Positions 1-8,721 of a stretch of 20,000 nt of DNA are shown here, piece by piece. Location of the stretch: IMG/VR virus record IMGVR_UViG_3300042860_003997. The stretch is one strand, 5' to 3'. Numbering within the stretch: the stretch's first letter is position 1; each line of letters starts with the position of its first letter. The stretch is from an uncultured virus (IMG/VR IMGVR_UViG_3300042860_003997) (Duplodnaviria > Heunggongvirae > Uroviricota > Caudoviricetes). The position numbers and the translations under genes were made by a program. The notes under the pieces were generated by a model, which saw only the letters and a program-made list of their open reading frames with translations, was not told the origin of the DNA and made no database searches.

Positions 1-2308
1 TTAAGCTTTTAGGATAATATGTATAAATCTTTCTATTAGGACGGTATAAACCAGCACCTATAAGTTTAGCCAACATGGTTTCATTATTGTTACCTTTAAT
101 AAATCCAGTTTCAGGATCATTACCATATCCTTGATCTGGACGTAAAAACTTAGCTTCTCCAGGTTTACTTGGATAATCTAAGAATTTATTCCCACCAGCG
201 GTAGGCAATCCATATTTTTTACCTACAGACACTTCAAAATTTTTCCATTGAGGCATAGAAGGATATTTATCCTTACGTTTTTTCATATCTTTGATAACAG
301 AGATATCATCAATAGGTACTGGTACTACATTTGCTGTATATTTTTCTTTATTATTTACTATATCAGATAATGATTTATAGGTGGCTTTTAGTTGTTGACC
401 ACTGAGTTCTACTTTTCCTCCAAGTGCATATTTATTCATTTTATGCAAATTACCAGCACCAATAGTTTCTACAGCTTTTTTACGTATAACAAATTCACCG
501 GGAGTAAGTAAAGCAGGGACGGTGTCTCTATTTCCGCTTCCTGGGACAACACCACCCGTAGCAAATTTTACAATACCACCACTATTAAGAGTGGTACTTC
601 CTGATGTTTTAGAACTAACTGCTGATGTTAATTTATTTATAGCACTAGTTAATGTTTGAATAGCATTAGTATTATCTTGAATGACCTTAGAGGCTCTATT
701 GGTAGCGTCTGCTTTTTCTTTGTCTTTGGCACCACTAATCGAGCCACCGATATTAGAACCAACATTACCAGCACCACCACCCTTTTTAAGACCTCCAACA
801 AACCCACTGCCAAATTCACCTATAGCTTTAATACCCTTGACTGTTCCCATGATAGCTAATATAGGTAATATGGGCTTAAATGCTCCTGCTAAACTAATTA
901 AACCGCTGGTTAGTCCTGTTACTATTTGAAACATTCCTTGAAAAGCAGAACTCTTACCAACATCTCTAATTAAGGCCAGAAATTGCTCCCTAACTTTAGC
1001 AATTTGATTAGCTAAACTTTTTTGTGCCACAACTTGAGCTTCTGCTAAACTACCCTGTCCTTTTTGAGCCACTTTTAATGCTTCTTGAGCAACTGCGAAC
1101 TGTTGAATTAATGGAATAACCTTACCAATCTGTCGGAAACCACCAAGTTCTTCTACGATTTGACTAAATCTTAAGTCTCGTGGATCAAGTCCTCTTAATC
1201 CTTCACTAAGTCTTTTAATAGCCTCATATGGTCCAACGAATTTACCTTCTAAATCTGTTAATTCAACACCAAATTGTTTAAGCTGATCTATAGTTCTAGC
1301 TCTTTGTATTCTAGTAAAAATAGTTCTTAATCCAGTAGCAATAGTTTCAGCGCTTTCACGCGTAGTTTGACGAACACTTGTAAAAATAGCGACGAATTCA
1401 TTAAGAGCATCTGTTCCTTCACTAACTCCTTTACTAGCAGCGGCAAACACACCACCAGTACGCTGAATAGCAGAAATTATATCTTTAGATTCAACAGCAA
1501 ACGCAGCCGCTACAGCATTGATAGAACCTAAAGCCCCTTCTAGTTCACCGGCCTGTAATTCAAATTGTCTCAATGCAGCAATGGCTCCTTCTGTTGTATC
1601 TGTTAAATTATCGAATGATGGAGCAAGTTCGGTTTTAGCTAATGCTGCTAGTGCTATTCTGGTATCTTCTGCACTTAAACCAGCTTGGGCTAATGTACTA
1701 GCAACAGAGATTAAACTCTCACTACTAACACCAAGAGATGTGGCTAAACTAGTTATACTTTTTTCTAATAGGGCTATACCAGTGGCACCTTTACCTGTAA
1801 CCTGTTGTAGCTTGATAAGTTCTTTATCAAAGTTAATAAAAGCTTTGAAACCAGAATTAATAGCGTTGATTAAACCATATATTCCACTAGTCACAATACT
1901 AAATGCAGCAAATCTTCTAATAGCTAATGCTGATTGCTTACCAAATTCTTCCATTTCAGTCGTGGCAACTTTTAGATTTTTAGCTACGTTTTTAGCATTT
2001 ACAGCAGTATTATTCATAGCAGAAGACGTCTTAGATCCAGCAGATTGTACCGTTCCTAACGATGACGAGAGATTTCTTAAAGAAGCACTTAAAGAATCTG
2101 TATTTTGTTTAGCTTGTACTAATACAGCGTTCATTGCTTGTAATCTACTAGTAACATTATCAACAGCCTTAGCAGATTTTGCATCTAAATTAATTTTTAC
2201 ATTAGACGATACTGTACCTAATTGCCTTTTAATGTCAGCAACTATAGGTTTAAGATTAGATGGTCCCTGCAAATTAATTTGTGCTGTTAGATTAAAACCT
2301 TTAGCCAT
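1..2308 (-). CDS. Tail tape measure protein (N-terminal ~769 aa; continues beyond window edge)
   Basis: Translated by hand from ATG at 2308 (MAKGFNLTAQINLQGP...), open to the edge. Ala/Gly/Ser-rich helical core (FDKELIKLQQVTG...AETIATGLRTIFTRI) and the TMP-type motif FATGGVVPGSGNRDTVPALLTPGEFVI. Lies downstream of tail tube and chaperone genes. Confidence 0.9.
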   Translation of the reverse strand, partial: MAKGFNLTAQINLQGPSNLKPIVADIKRQLGTVSSNVKINLDAKSAKAVDNVTSRLQAMNAVLVQAKQNTDSLSASLRNLSSSLGTVQSAGSKTSSAMNNTAVNAKNVAKNLKVATTEMEEFGKQSALAIRRFAAFSIVTSGIYGLINAINSGFKAFINFDKELIKLQQVTGKGATGIALLEKSITSLATSLGVSSESLISVASTLAQAGLSAEDTRIALAALAKTELAPSFDNLTDTTEGAIAALRQFELQAGELEGALGSINAVAAAFAVESKDIISAIQRTGGVFAAASKGVSEGTDALNEFVAIFTSVRQTTRESAETIATGLRTIFTRIQRARTIDQLKQFGVELTDLEGKFVGPYEAIKRLSEGLRGLDPRDLRFSQIVEELGGFRQIGKVIPLIQQFAVAQEALKVAQKGQGSLAEAQVVAQKSLANQIAKVREQFLALIRDVGKSSAFQGMFQIVTGLTSGLISLAGAFKPILPILAIMGTVKGIKAIGEFGSGFVGGLKKGGGAGNVGSNIGGSISGAKDKEKADATNRASKVIQDNTNAIQTLTSAINKLTSAVSSKTSGSTTLNSGGIVKFATGGVVPGSGNRDTVPALLTPGEFVIRKKAVETIGAGNLHKMNKYALGGKVELSGQQLKATYKSLSDIVNNKEKYTANVVPVPIDDISVIKDMKKRKDKYPSMPQWKNFEVSVGKKYGLPTAGGNKFLDYPSKPGEAKFLRPDQGYGNDPETGFIKGNNNETMLAKLIGAGLYRPNRKIYTYYPKSL

Positions 2309-2325
2309 TATTATTTATATCCTAT

Positions 2326-2367
2326 TAAACAAAAATCCCCACAGTACCAACTAGGTAGTGTGAGGAT
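2326..2367 (-). terminator. Intrinsic terminator/attenuator-like hairpin upstream of the tape measure gene
   Basis: Minus strand atcctcacactacc-tagtt-ggtactgtggggat followed by ttttgttt. Confidence 0.6.
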
Positions 2368-2401
2368 AATTGATAGATTACAATAAATAAACGCAATACT
2401 A

Positions 2402-3280
2402 CTATGAAGCTTTAGTCTCTTCTGTTGGTTTGATTGAATCATCGACTTCCTCTTCCTTAGTAGCAGTAATTTCTGACTTCTTATCTTCTACAATAATTGG
2501 TTTACCGTCATCGTCCAAGAATGGACTAAATTCTACAATGTAGTCTCCTTGTTGATCAACCAAATTACCATCTTTATCAACAAATTCTCCTTTTTCATTT
2601 ATATATCTACCATTCTGATCAATAAGTTTACCATTTTCGTCTACTAATTTACCTTCTTTATTAATTAATCTTAGTTTATCATCAACAAATTTATATTGCT
2701 TTAAAAACTTATTTTCTGGCAATTTATCTTCATAATCATTATCCAAACCATATAGCATATTAGCCAAATTTTGAGCAGCAAGAATAGAAACAGGGTCTGT
2801 GGCTCTATTGTTGTACTCCTCATAACTCTTAAAATATTGCTCTTTAGTATCATTATACACCGTACATGCTGAAACTAAATAGTTAAATCTAGCATTATCT
2901 GCCTGGCCTTCAGCAGTGTGGGTGTCTAGATTGGTCTTAACAGAAATAAGTTCTCTTAGGTCTTCTCTGGTTTTTCTCATCTTAAGGGCCAAATTCTTAG
3001 CTTCTGTTAAAGAAATACCACCTTTTGCTAACTTACGTTCACCTTCAAGAATTTCAGCTTGTAATTCTGTAAATTTAGCCTGTTTGATACCATCCCATAA
3101 ACCCTGTTCCACTAATAGATCGTCTAATTTAGCTCTAACCACAGCCTTAGACTTTAAAGCTTCTGTAAATGCTTGGTTATATACTTTGGTAGCCTCTCTC
3201 TGATCCTGTAAAGAAGGAGATCGAACAAACATTTCTCGTTCTTTGCCATCAACAAAAGCCTTAAAAGTTCTAGTCTTCAT
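2402..3280 (-). CDS. Putative tail assembly chaperone with C-terminal 7-aa D/N-x-x-G repeats
   Basis: 292-aa ORF with GAGGA RBS, between tail tube and tape measure genes; function from position only. Confidence 0.55.
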   Translation of the reverse strand: MKTRTFKAFVDGKEREMFVRSPSLQDQREATKVYNQAFTEALKSKAVVRAKLDDLLVEQGLWDGIKQAKFTELQAEILEGERKLAKGGISLTEAKNLALKMRKTREDLRELISVKTNLDTHTAEGQADNARFNYLVSACTVYNDTKEQYFKSYEEYNNRATDPVSILAAQNLANMLYGLDNDYEDKLPENKFLKQYKFVDDKLRLINKEGKLVDENGKLIDQNGRYINEKGEFVDKDGNLVDQQGDYIVEFSPFLDDDGKPIIVEDKKSEITATKEEEVDDSIKPTEETKAS

Positions 3281-3282
3281 AT

Positions 3283-3561
3283 TTAGTCCTCTCTTTTATG
3301 AAAATAATAATTATATCTAATGTTACCTTTAGCCTTATCTAAGTCTGCAATAGCTTTACGCAATTGGTTATTTCCGTTGTTTAATATTTGATTTCTCACA
3401 CTATCCCATTTATCTAAAAATTCAAGTTCATTATCGGTGAGATCCTCTTCTTCTTTAGTGTGTCCCCATAAATATCCAAACATTTTTTCAAATTCAAATA
3501 AAGAACCTATCATTGTAGTTTGAAATCTTTTTGTTAAAATATTTTTTTCTTGATTTTCCAT
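3283..3561 (-). CDS. Hypothetical protein (tail module)
   Basis: 92-aa ORF with 2-nt gaps to both neighbours. Confidence 0.7.
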   Translation of the reverse strand: MENQEKNILTKRFQTTMIGSLFEFEKMFGYLWGHTKEEEDLTDNELEFLDKWDSVRNQILNNGNNQLRKAIADLDKAKGNIRYNYYFHKRED

Positions 3562-3563
3562 AA

Positions 3564-4616
3564 TTATTTTTTCCTAGAATTTTTAAATTGATCATTTGTT
3601 TGAACAACAATTTGTCTTTGTACGTCTGGCAAACTAGAATCTTGAATAGCTTCTGTATTTTTTTGTATTGTTATATGTCTTTCCTTTATAATATGTCGAG
3701 ATGTATGATCGTTCAAGTCATATATGTTTTGTGCTTCTTCTTGGGAATTAGCCATTACAAATATTTCTCCAGCTTTATCTAATTTTTTACCCTCTAAAAG
3801 TTTTTCTGTTCTATTTTTATTTTTAGTTTTTTCATTTTCCCGTCGTTGAAAAATCATCCATCCATCAAACATATCATCGTCTTCAAACACTTTATCTGGA
3901 GGACAATCAGGATGCTGATATGCACTATCATACATTTTAGTTAAAACAACTAAGGTTTTTTGCTCATCCGTCCAACCAATTGTAGGTTTATAAAATAAAT
4001 TATCACTATTTGCAGACCAATAATTTTTCCATATATCGCTTCTAGCGAGTTGTCTAAAAATATTAATATCTATAGTATTTTCTGCAACAGTAGTAGATAT
4101 ACGATTTAATAAATTAAAGTCTATATCGTCAATATTATCAAATAATAATATATTATTTTTAGTATATATACTATACATTAAAATATACTGATTTTTAAGA
4201 GTTTGACTATATCCTGATGGAGTATATTGATCTAATGAATGTCTTATCTCATAAGCTCTATTATATGCTGCTTTAGTATTATTGAGTGTGCGCCTTAAAG
4301 TTTTAATATTATTAGGATTCAATACATTTTTATATAAGTCTACTTTTAAATCTTCTATTTGTTTTTCTAAATTTTTTAGATTATCATCTCCATTATAATT
4401 CCAAACCCCCATACTAACTAGGGTATCAACAATAGTATCGTCATGAATCCAATCATTAAATTTATTATTTTCATATTCTTCCTGAGCATATAATTCTGCT
4501 TCATATTTAATATTCATATCTGGATAAATAAGTTTATATTTCTCTCCACCACAGAGAAAAATATAAAAACCAGATAATATCCTAGATAAATAAATCCCTA
4601 ACGTTCTTTGGTCCAT
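3564..4616 (-). CDS. Putative tail assembly chaperone-like protein
   Basis: 350-aa ORF directly after the tail tube gene, AAGGA RBS; shares motifs with 2402..3280. Confidence 0.5.
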   Translation of the reverse strand: MDQRTLGIYLSRILSGFYIFLCGGEKYKLIYPDMNIKYEAELYAQEEYENNKFNDWIHDDTIVDTLVSMGVWNYNGDDNLKNLEKQIEDLKVDLYKNVLNPNNIKTLRRTLNNTKAAYNRAYEIRHSLDQYTPSGYSQTLKNQYILMYSIYTKNNILLFDNIDDIDFNLLNRISTTVAENTIDINIFRQLARSDIWKNYWSANSDNLFYKPTIGWTDEQKTLVVLTKMYDSAYQHPDCPPDKVFEDDDMFDGWMIFQRRENEKTKNKNRTEKLLEGKKLDKAGEIFVMANSQEEAQNIYDLNDHTSRHIIKERHITIQKNTEAIQDSSLPDVQRQIVVQTNDQFKNSRKK

Positions 4617-4666
4617 AATCCTTATAAAAATCCATTGTCTTGATCGTAACCAACCTAGTAATATTA

Positions 4667-5782
4667 CTAGGCTGGGGTATAGGTACTATTTGCCAACTGA
4701 CTATAGAAATTACCACCACTATGGGCAACTACGAAGTCGTTGAATGTTGAGTAACTATATGTTACACTAACATTACCACCACCAGTGTCACCACCAGTGT
4801 AATTAACACTAGTAAGCTTATTCTTGGTGCCAAGATAAATTCTTGTGCCTTCGCAAGTTTCAAGGAAGATGGTCTGGTCAAGTAGATTATGACGAGCAAT
4901 ACAACCAGTATCACTAGGTGTAGCAACTGTATTACCAGTTAAACCACTATAGTAACCACTTTCTGTAGCGTTGATCATATCACCACTAACTGCTACAACT
5001 TCAAATTCACTTGTTACTTCTACTGGGAATGTAACATAACGATGGTAAGGAGCTAATGTGCCAAGTTCTTGAATAGCTTCACGACCAAAATCACAGCTTA
5101 CTGTGATATTTTGGAAATGTGCAGCGTGTCCACTACCATTACCGATTAGTGCGTTTACACCACCAACTGTAATACCAGGGATTTGACTTGGGAAGCGAGA
5201 AGTACCCATATTTAGATACTGTCTACGGCCAACGCCAGTTGTTGATAGTGGAGCATCATCATTTCCATTAAATGCACCAGTCTGAGTACCAGCCCAAACC
5301 TTATTGTTACCAACAAGTGTAACGTCTTCTGTGAAATTACCATCAACTGGGAATGTATAGCTAACACTACTAACATACATACCAGAGCAGGTTACAGCAC
5401 TAAATGAACTGCCGCTGGAACTAACGTTGGTGTCGCTGAAAATAGCAAGTTGCATATCACAACGAGCATTTTGGCGACCTGGGATTGTGGGATTAACAGC
5501 AGTTAAACCAGTAGCAACACTAGAACCCTTTTCAGTAGCTAGTACATAAATAAGAGGATAGCCATCAAGAACTTTATTTAGTGTTACTTCAACGTCGGGT
5601 ACGTTTTCAACGTTTTGATAAATGGCCAACTGACCCATTTCGAATACTTGTTCTAGATTAAAGTTGGTTGTGATACCAACAGTTTGAAGGCCGTGAACTG
5701 GTAACTTATCTGTGTTAAGTGTTCCAGCAGCTTGACCGAGTACAACCTGTTGAATTGCATAGTAAATACGATTATTGGCCAT
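4667..5782 (-). CDS. Major tail (tube) protein
   Basis: 371 aa, Gly/Thr/Ser/Val-rich with two repeated tube-like halves (GLQTVGITTNFNLEQVFEMG / HFQNITVSCDFGREAIQELG), strong GGAGA RBS, positioned after the terminator-like gene. Confidence 0.75.
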   Translation of the reverse strand: MANNRIYYAIQQVVLGQAAGTLNTDKLPVHGLQTVGITTNFNLEQVFEMGQLAIYQNVENVPDVEVTLNKVLDGYPLIYVLATEKGSSVATGLTAVNPTIPGRQNARCDMQLAIFSDTNVSSSGSSFSAVTCSGMYVSSVSYTFPVDGNFTEDVTLVGNNKVWAGTQTGAFNGNDDAPLSTTGVGRRQYLNMGTSRFPSQIPGITVGGVNALIGNGSGHAAHFQNITVSCDFGREAIQELGTLAPYHRYVTFPVEVTSEFEVVAVSGDMINATESGYYSGLTGNTVATPSDTGCIARHNLLDQTIFLETCEGTRIYLGTKNKLTSVNYTGGDTGGGNVSVTYSYSTFNDFVVAHSGGNFYSQLANSTYTPA

Positions 5783-5870
5783 AATTAATCTCCACTATAG
5801 TATTGTATTGTAATGAGGAAAGCGAATTAAATACTCTTCTTCTCTGTATAGATACACATAAATATTAAAA

Positions 5871-6824
5871 TCATGTTGAAATTACTTCCACAGTAGCTCG
5901 TGCCATACCTTGATGAAAATTAGGATTAGGAGAATCAATTTCAAAAAGGCTAATATTTTTAATTAAACATTTTCTCCAAGGATATGTCTCTATAATATCT
6001 GGATACATTAAAGCTGCATTTTTAATATCTCCATTATAATCTAATGGATAGTTATCGTTTTGAGCTAAAATATTAGTATCAAATAGTTGTAATGTAATAT
6101 CTTGTTGCAATCGAAGTATATCTAAAATTTTATTTCTATCATTTTTATTTTCGGCTAATACATAAAAAGCCAAATCTTGCTCTAGCCATAATAAACTATT
6201 ACCAATTTCGTAAGGTCTTGAGCGGGATCTTGGTAGTGATTCTATTACTATGGCTGGCAATTGTATTCTATGGTTACCTCCTATAGCCCACTCACCATCA
6301 TCTGTTCTTTGGATATCCTCATTAGATGTATTAAATGAGCTGTACTGAACGATATTAAACCATGGGCTATCACTAGCCCTATGTGTTTGTATAAATCTAT
6401 AACTATAGTCAAGACTCACATCAGAAGTTATAGAAATGGGGCTATTAAATATGATTCTACCCAAAGGATAATTCACAATAAAATTATTAGCTTTATTTAT
6501 TACTGAATTATTAACCTTTACACTATTAATCACTATAGGAGAAGTACTGTTGTAATCCACTCCGGTTTCCCATACCCAGTCTTTTCTTATTCCTTGCCAT
6601 ACTTGTCCGTCTAAAAATGCTGGATCATTAACTGGTAATAATTGATAGTGAGTATTGGTTCCATATAGTGTTTCATCTGGTGACTCTATATCAAACCAAG
6701 CGCCAATATGTAAAAAGGCCCAGTCAAAATACATTTTAAAATTAGATTCTAAGATATTTAATAATAAATCTTGAGAAATATTATCAACACCTTTAAATGT
6801 TGTATTATGCTCACAAGGACTCAT
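5871..6824 (-). CDS. Putative tail terminator/completion protein
   Basis: 317 aa just upstream of tail tube; LPAIVIE...LAFYVLAEN...RNKILDIL pattern resembles tail terminators; includes a VNYPLGRIIF beta insert. Confidence 0.5.
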   Translation of the reverse strand: MSPCEHNTTFKGVDNISQDLLLNILESNFKMYFDWAFLHIGAWFDIESPDETLYGTNTHYQLLPVNDPAFLDGQVWQGIRKDWVWETGVDYNSTSPIVINSVKVNNSVINKANNFIVNYPLGRIIFNSPISITSDVSLDYSYRFIQTHRASDSPWFNIVQYSSFNTSNEDIQRTDDGEWAIGGNHRIQLPAIVIESLPRSRSRPYEIGNSLLWLEQDLAFYVLAENKNDRNKILDILRLQQDITLQLFDTNILAQNDNYPLDYNGDIKNAALMYPDIIETYPWRKCLIKNISLFEIDSPNPNFHQGMARATVEVIST

Positions 6825-7459
6825 TGTTGTAGTGCTCTTTCTAATAGATTATTTATTTCTGCTTCTGTATTATCTATGGCTCTAGTGATCCAGTTATCTC
6901 TAATGGTACCAGCAAATTCTGCTGGAACTTTCCAGTTTTTATTGGATCCTCTCATTAATGCAAATCCGGTACGAGATCTAGGATTAGGCCCCATTACTAC
7001 TTCTTGTTTTTTTACAATAATTTTATTACCTTCTAATAATAACCATTCTAGCCATGGTAATCTATATTGATAGATATTATCTATTACATAAGCCAAGTCT
7101 GTAGATAACACATCATCAAAACTAGATTTAATTAAACTAGCGCTAAAACTACTTTTAATTTTACTACTAATAATTTTAGGAGGCATATATTCTATATATA
7201 TATTTTTAGTCCAAATATCTAATAAACCAGCAATTTTAGCATTGGCATCTGGTATACCAAGTTCATATTTCAGTTTACCAGATACTAATGACTCATATTC
7301 TGGAGTATTAACAATAGCATTGCTAATAATAGTTCCTATCTCTTTTCTAATAGTGGTTATTGCATCTTTCATATAATCATTAATTTGTGGCAATAAAGCT
7401 TCCATAATACTTTGTTGTATTTGAGAATTACTTTCTAATATTTTTAAAGATATATTCAT
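6821..7459 (-). CDS. Putative neck/tail completion protein
   Basis: 212 aa in head-tail junction block; WLLLEG...NWITRAID pattern reminiscent of HK97 gp10-like proteins. Confidence 0.45.
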   Translation of the reverse strand: MNISLKILESNSQIQQSIMEALLPQINDYMKDAITTIRKEIGTIISNAIVNTPEYESLVSGKLKYELGIPDANAKIAGLLDIWTKNIYIEYMPPKIISSKIKSSFSASLIKSSFDDVLSTDLAYVIDNIYQYRLPWLEWLLLEGNKIIVKKQEVVMGPNPRSRTGFALMRGSNKNWKVPAEFAGTIRDNWITRAIDNTEAEINNLLERALQQ

Positions 7460-7471
7460 AAATACTTTTAA

Positions 7472-8080
7472 TTATAACATGGATGGGGTTGGAGTCACAG
7501 TAGGAGTGGGAGTAAGTGTAGGAGTCATAGAAACAGTTGGTGTGACAGTAACAGGAACAGAATTATTTACTCCAATTTTTTTCCACATACAAAATAAATA
7601 ACTATTATCTCCCAATCCAGCGGGGTTGGGTTCTCCATATAATTGAAAAATAGGATTAGCCCCAACAGAATTATAAATTACTGTCATATCCTTGCACTGT
7701 CTTATCTGTGCTAAATAATCTTTATGACAAATAGTTTGAATATATCCATTAGGATTATCAATCTGAGGGGGCGGATTTATCCATTTTTTATAATCCCAAA
7801 TAACAGCTAAATATCCTGTTGAAGTATGGACAACGCCATAAGAACCAAGTCCGTTGCAATATGGACATATCTTTCCAAGAGTAAAAGGAATAGGACCACC
7901 ATTTTTATATTTACCAGACGATTTTTTTAAACTAACATCGTATATACAATTAGGACAAATGTTTGTATTAGTAGTACCAAAATTAAAATCACATCTTGTT
8001 GTTAGTCCAGTATTAGCCAATAATAAATCTATATGAGCATTATATATATTTTGTAAATTAGGAAAATTTATATTAGTCAT
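7472..8080 (-). CDS. Putative head closure protein with Zn finger and Pro/Thr-rich tail
   Basis: CPNC...CPYC motif, C-terminal (TP)n tract, follows the adaptor gene. Confidence 0.5.
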   Translation of the reverse strand: MTNINFPNLQNIYNAHIDLLLANTGLTTRCDFNFGTTNTNICPNCIYDVSLKKSSGKYKNGGPIPFTLGKICPYCNGLGSYGVVHTSTGYLAVIWDYKKWINPPPQIDNPNGYIQTICHKDYLAQIRQCKDMTVIYNSVGANPIFQLYGEPNPAGLGDNSYLFCMWKKIGVNNSVPVTVTPTVSMTPTLTPTPTVTPTPSML

Positions 8081-8088
8081 AATAATTT

Positions 8089-8613
8089 CTATGAATAAAA
8101 GTCATTATTTCCCACATTGCGAAATGGACCAACATTAAGATATCTTGGATCAAATTTATTACTCACAAATGGAGACAATACTGCGGCCCAAGCAGTAGCC
8201 TCTTTGATATCCCAGTAACTAGTTATTTGCTCATACAAAGCACAAGGGCCTTTATCTATAATAGACTGCCATCCTGTTAAAGATCCACCAAAACTTAAAT
8301 TAGCTGATCCTAATGCTGTTCTGATGCCCTCTAAGGCTGCTTTGGTTCTTAAATTGCTTTGATCTATAATACATGCAGCTTTTAAACATGCTAAACTAGT
8401 AAAGACGTTATCATTATTGCTTGTTGGATCCGGAGTAATTTCTTTATTTACGATATCTATCGTATAGACATAGTTTAAATCCACATCAATTTGTAGATAT
8501 TTACCAGCTACTACTAAAATTTGCTCTAATCTATCATCACTAAATTCATATGGAGTATCTAAATCATTAATTAAAACTCTTGTAGTAATTATCATTTCAT
8601 CTTGCCATGCCAT
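8089..8613 (-). CDS. Putative head-tail adaptor protein
   Basis: 174 aa directly after major capsid gene; RVLINDLD...FSDDRL N-terminal motif typical of adaptors; GAAGGA RBS. Confidence 0.6.
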   Translation of the reverse strand: MAWQDEMIITTRVLINDLDTPYEFSDDRLEQILVVAGKYLQIDVDLNYVYTIDIVNKEITPDPTSNNDNVFTSLACLKAACIIDQSNLRTKAALEGIRTALGSANLSFGGSLTGWQSIIDKGPCALYEQITSYWDIKEATAWAAVLSPFVSNKFDPRYLNVGPFRNVGNNDFYS

Positions 8614-8664
8614 ATTACTATCCTTCTAAAAAGAAAAAACTAGATCATATAGTATAATACACCT

Positions 8665-8696
8665 AAAAAAAAAGGCCGGCACAAGGCCAGCCTTTT
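8665..8696 (-). terminator. Rho-independent terminator after major capsid gene
   Basis: Minus strand aaaggctggc-cttgt-gccggcc followed by 9 T. Confidence 0.85.
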
Positions 8697-8721
8697 CTTT
8701 AGTCATACTAAGACATTAATC

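Noticed and set aside
656..2354. Plus-strand ORFs 656..859, 681..929 and 1518..2354
   Set aside because: Antisense shadows of the tape measure gene; no RBS or recognisable motifs.
3270..3580. Programmed G/GT-type frameshift among the tail chaperone genes
   Set aside because: The ORFs are separated by 2-nt gaps with their own ATG starts; A-runs are present but are common in this AT-rich DNA.
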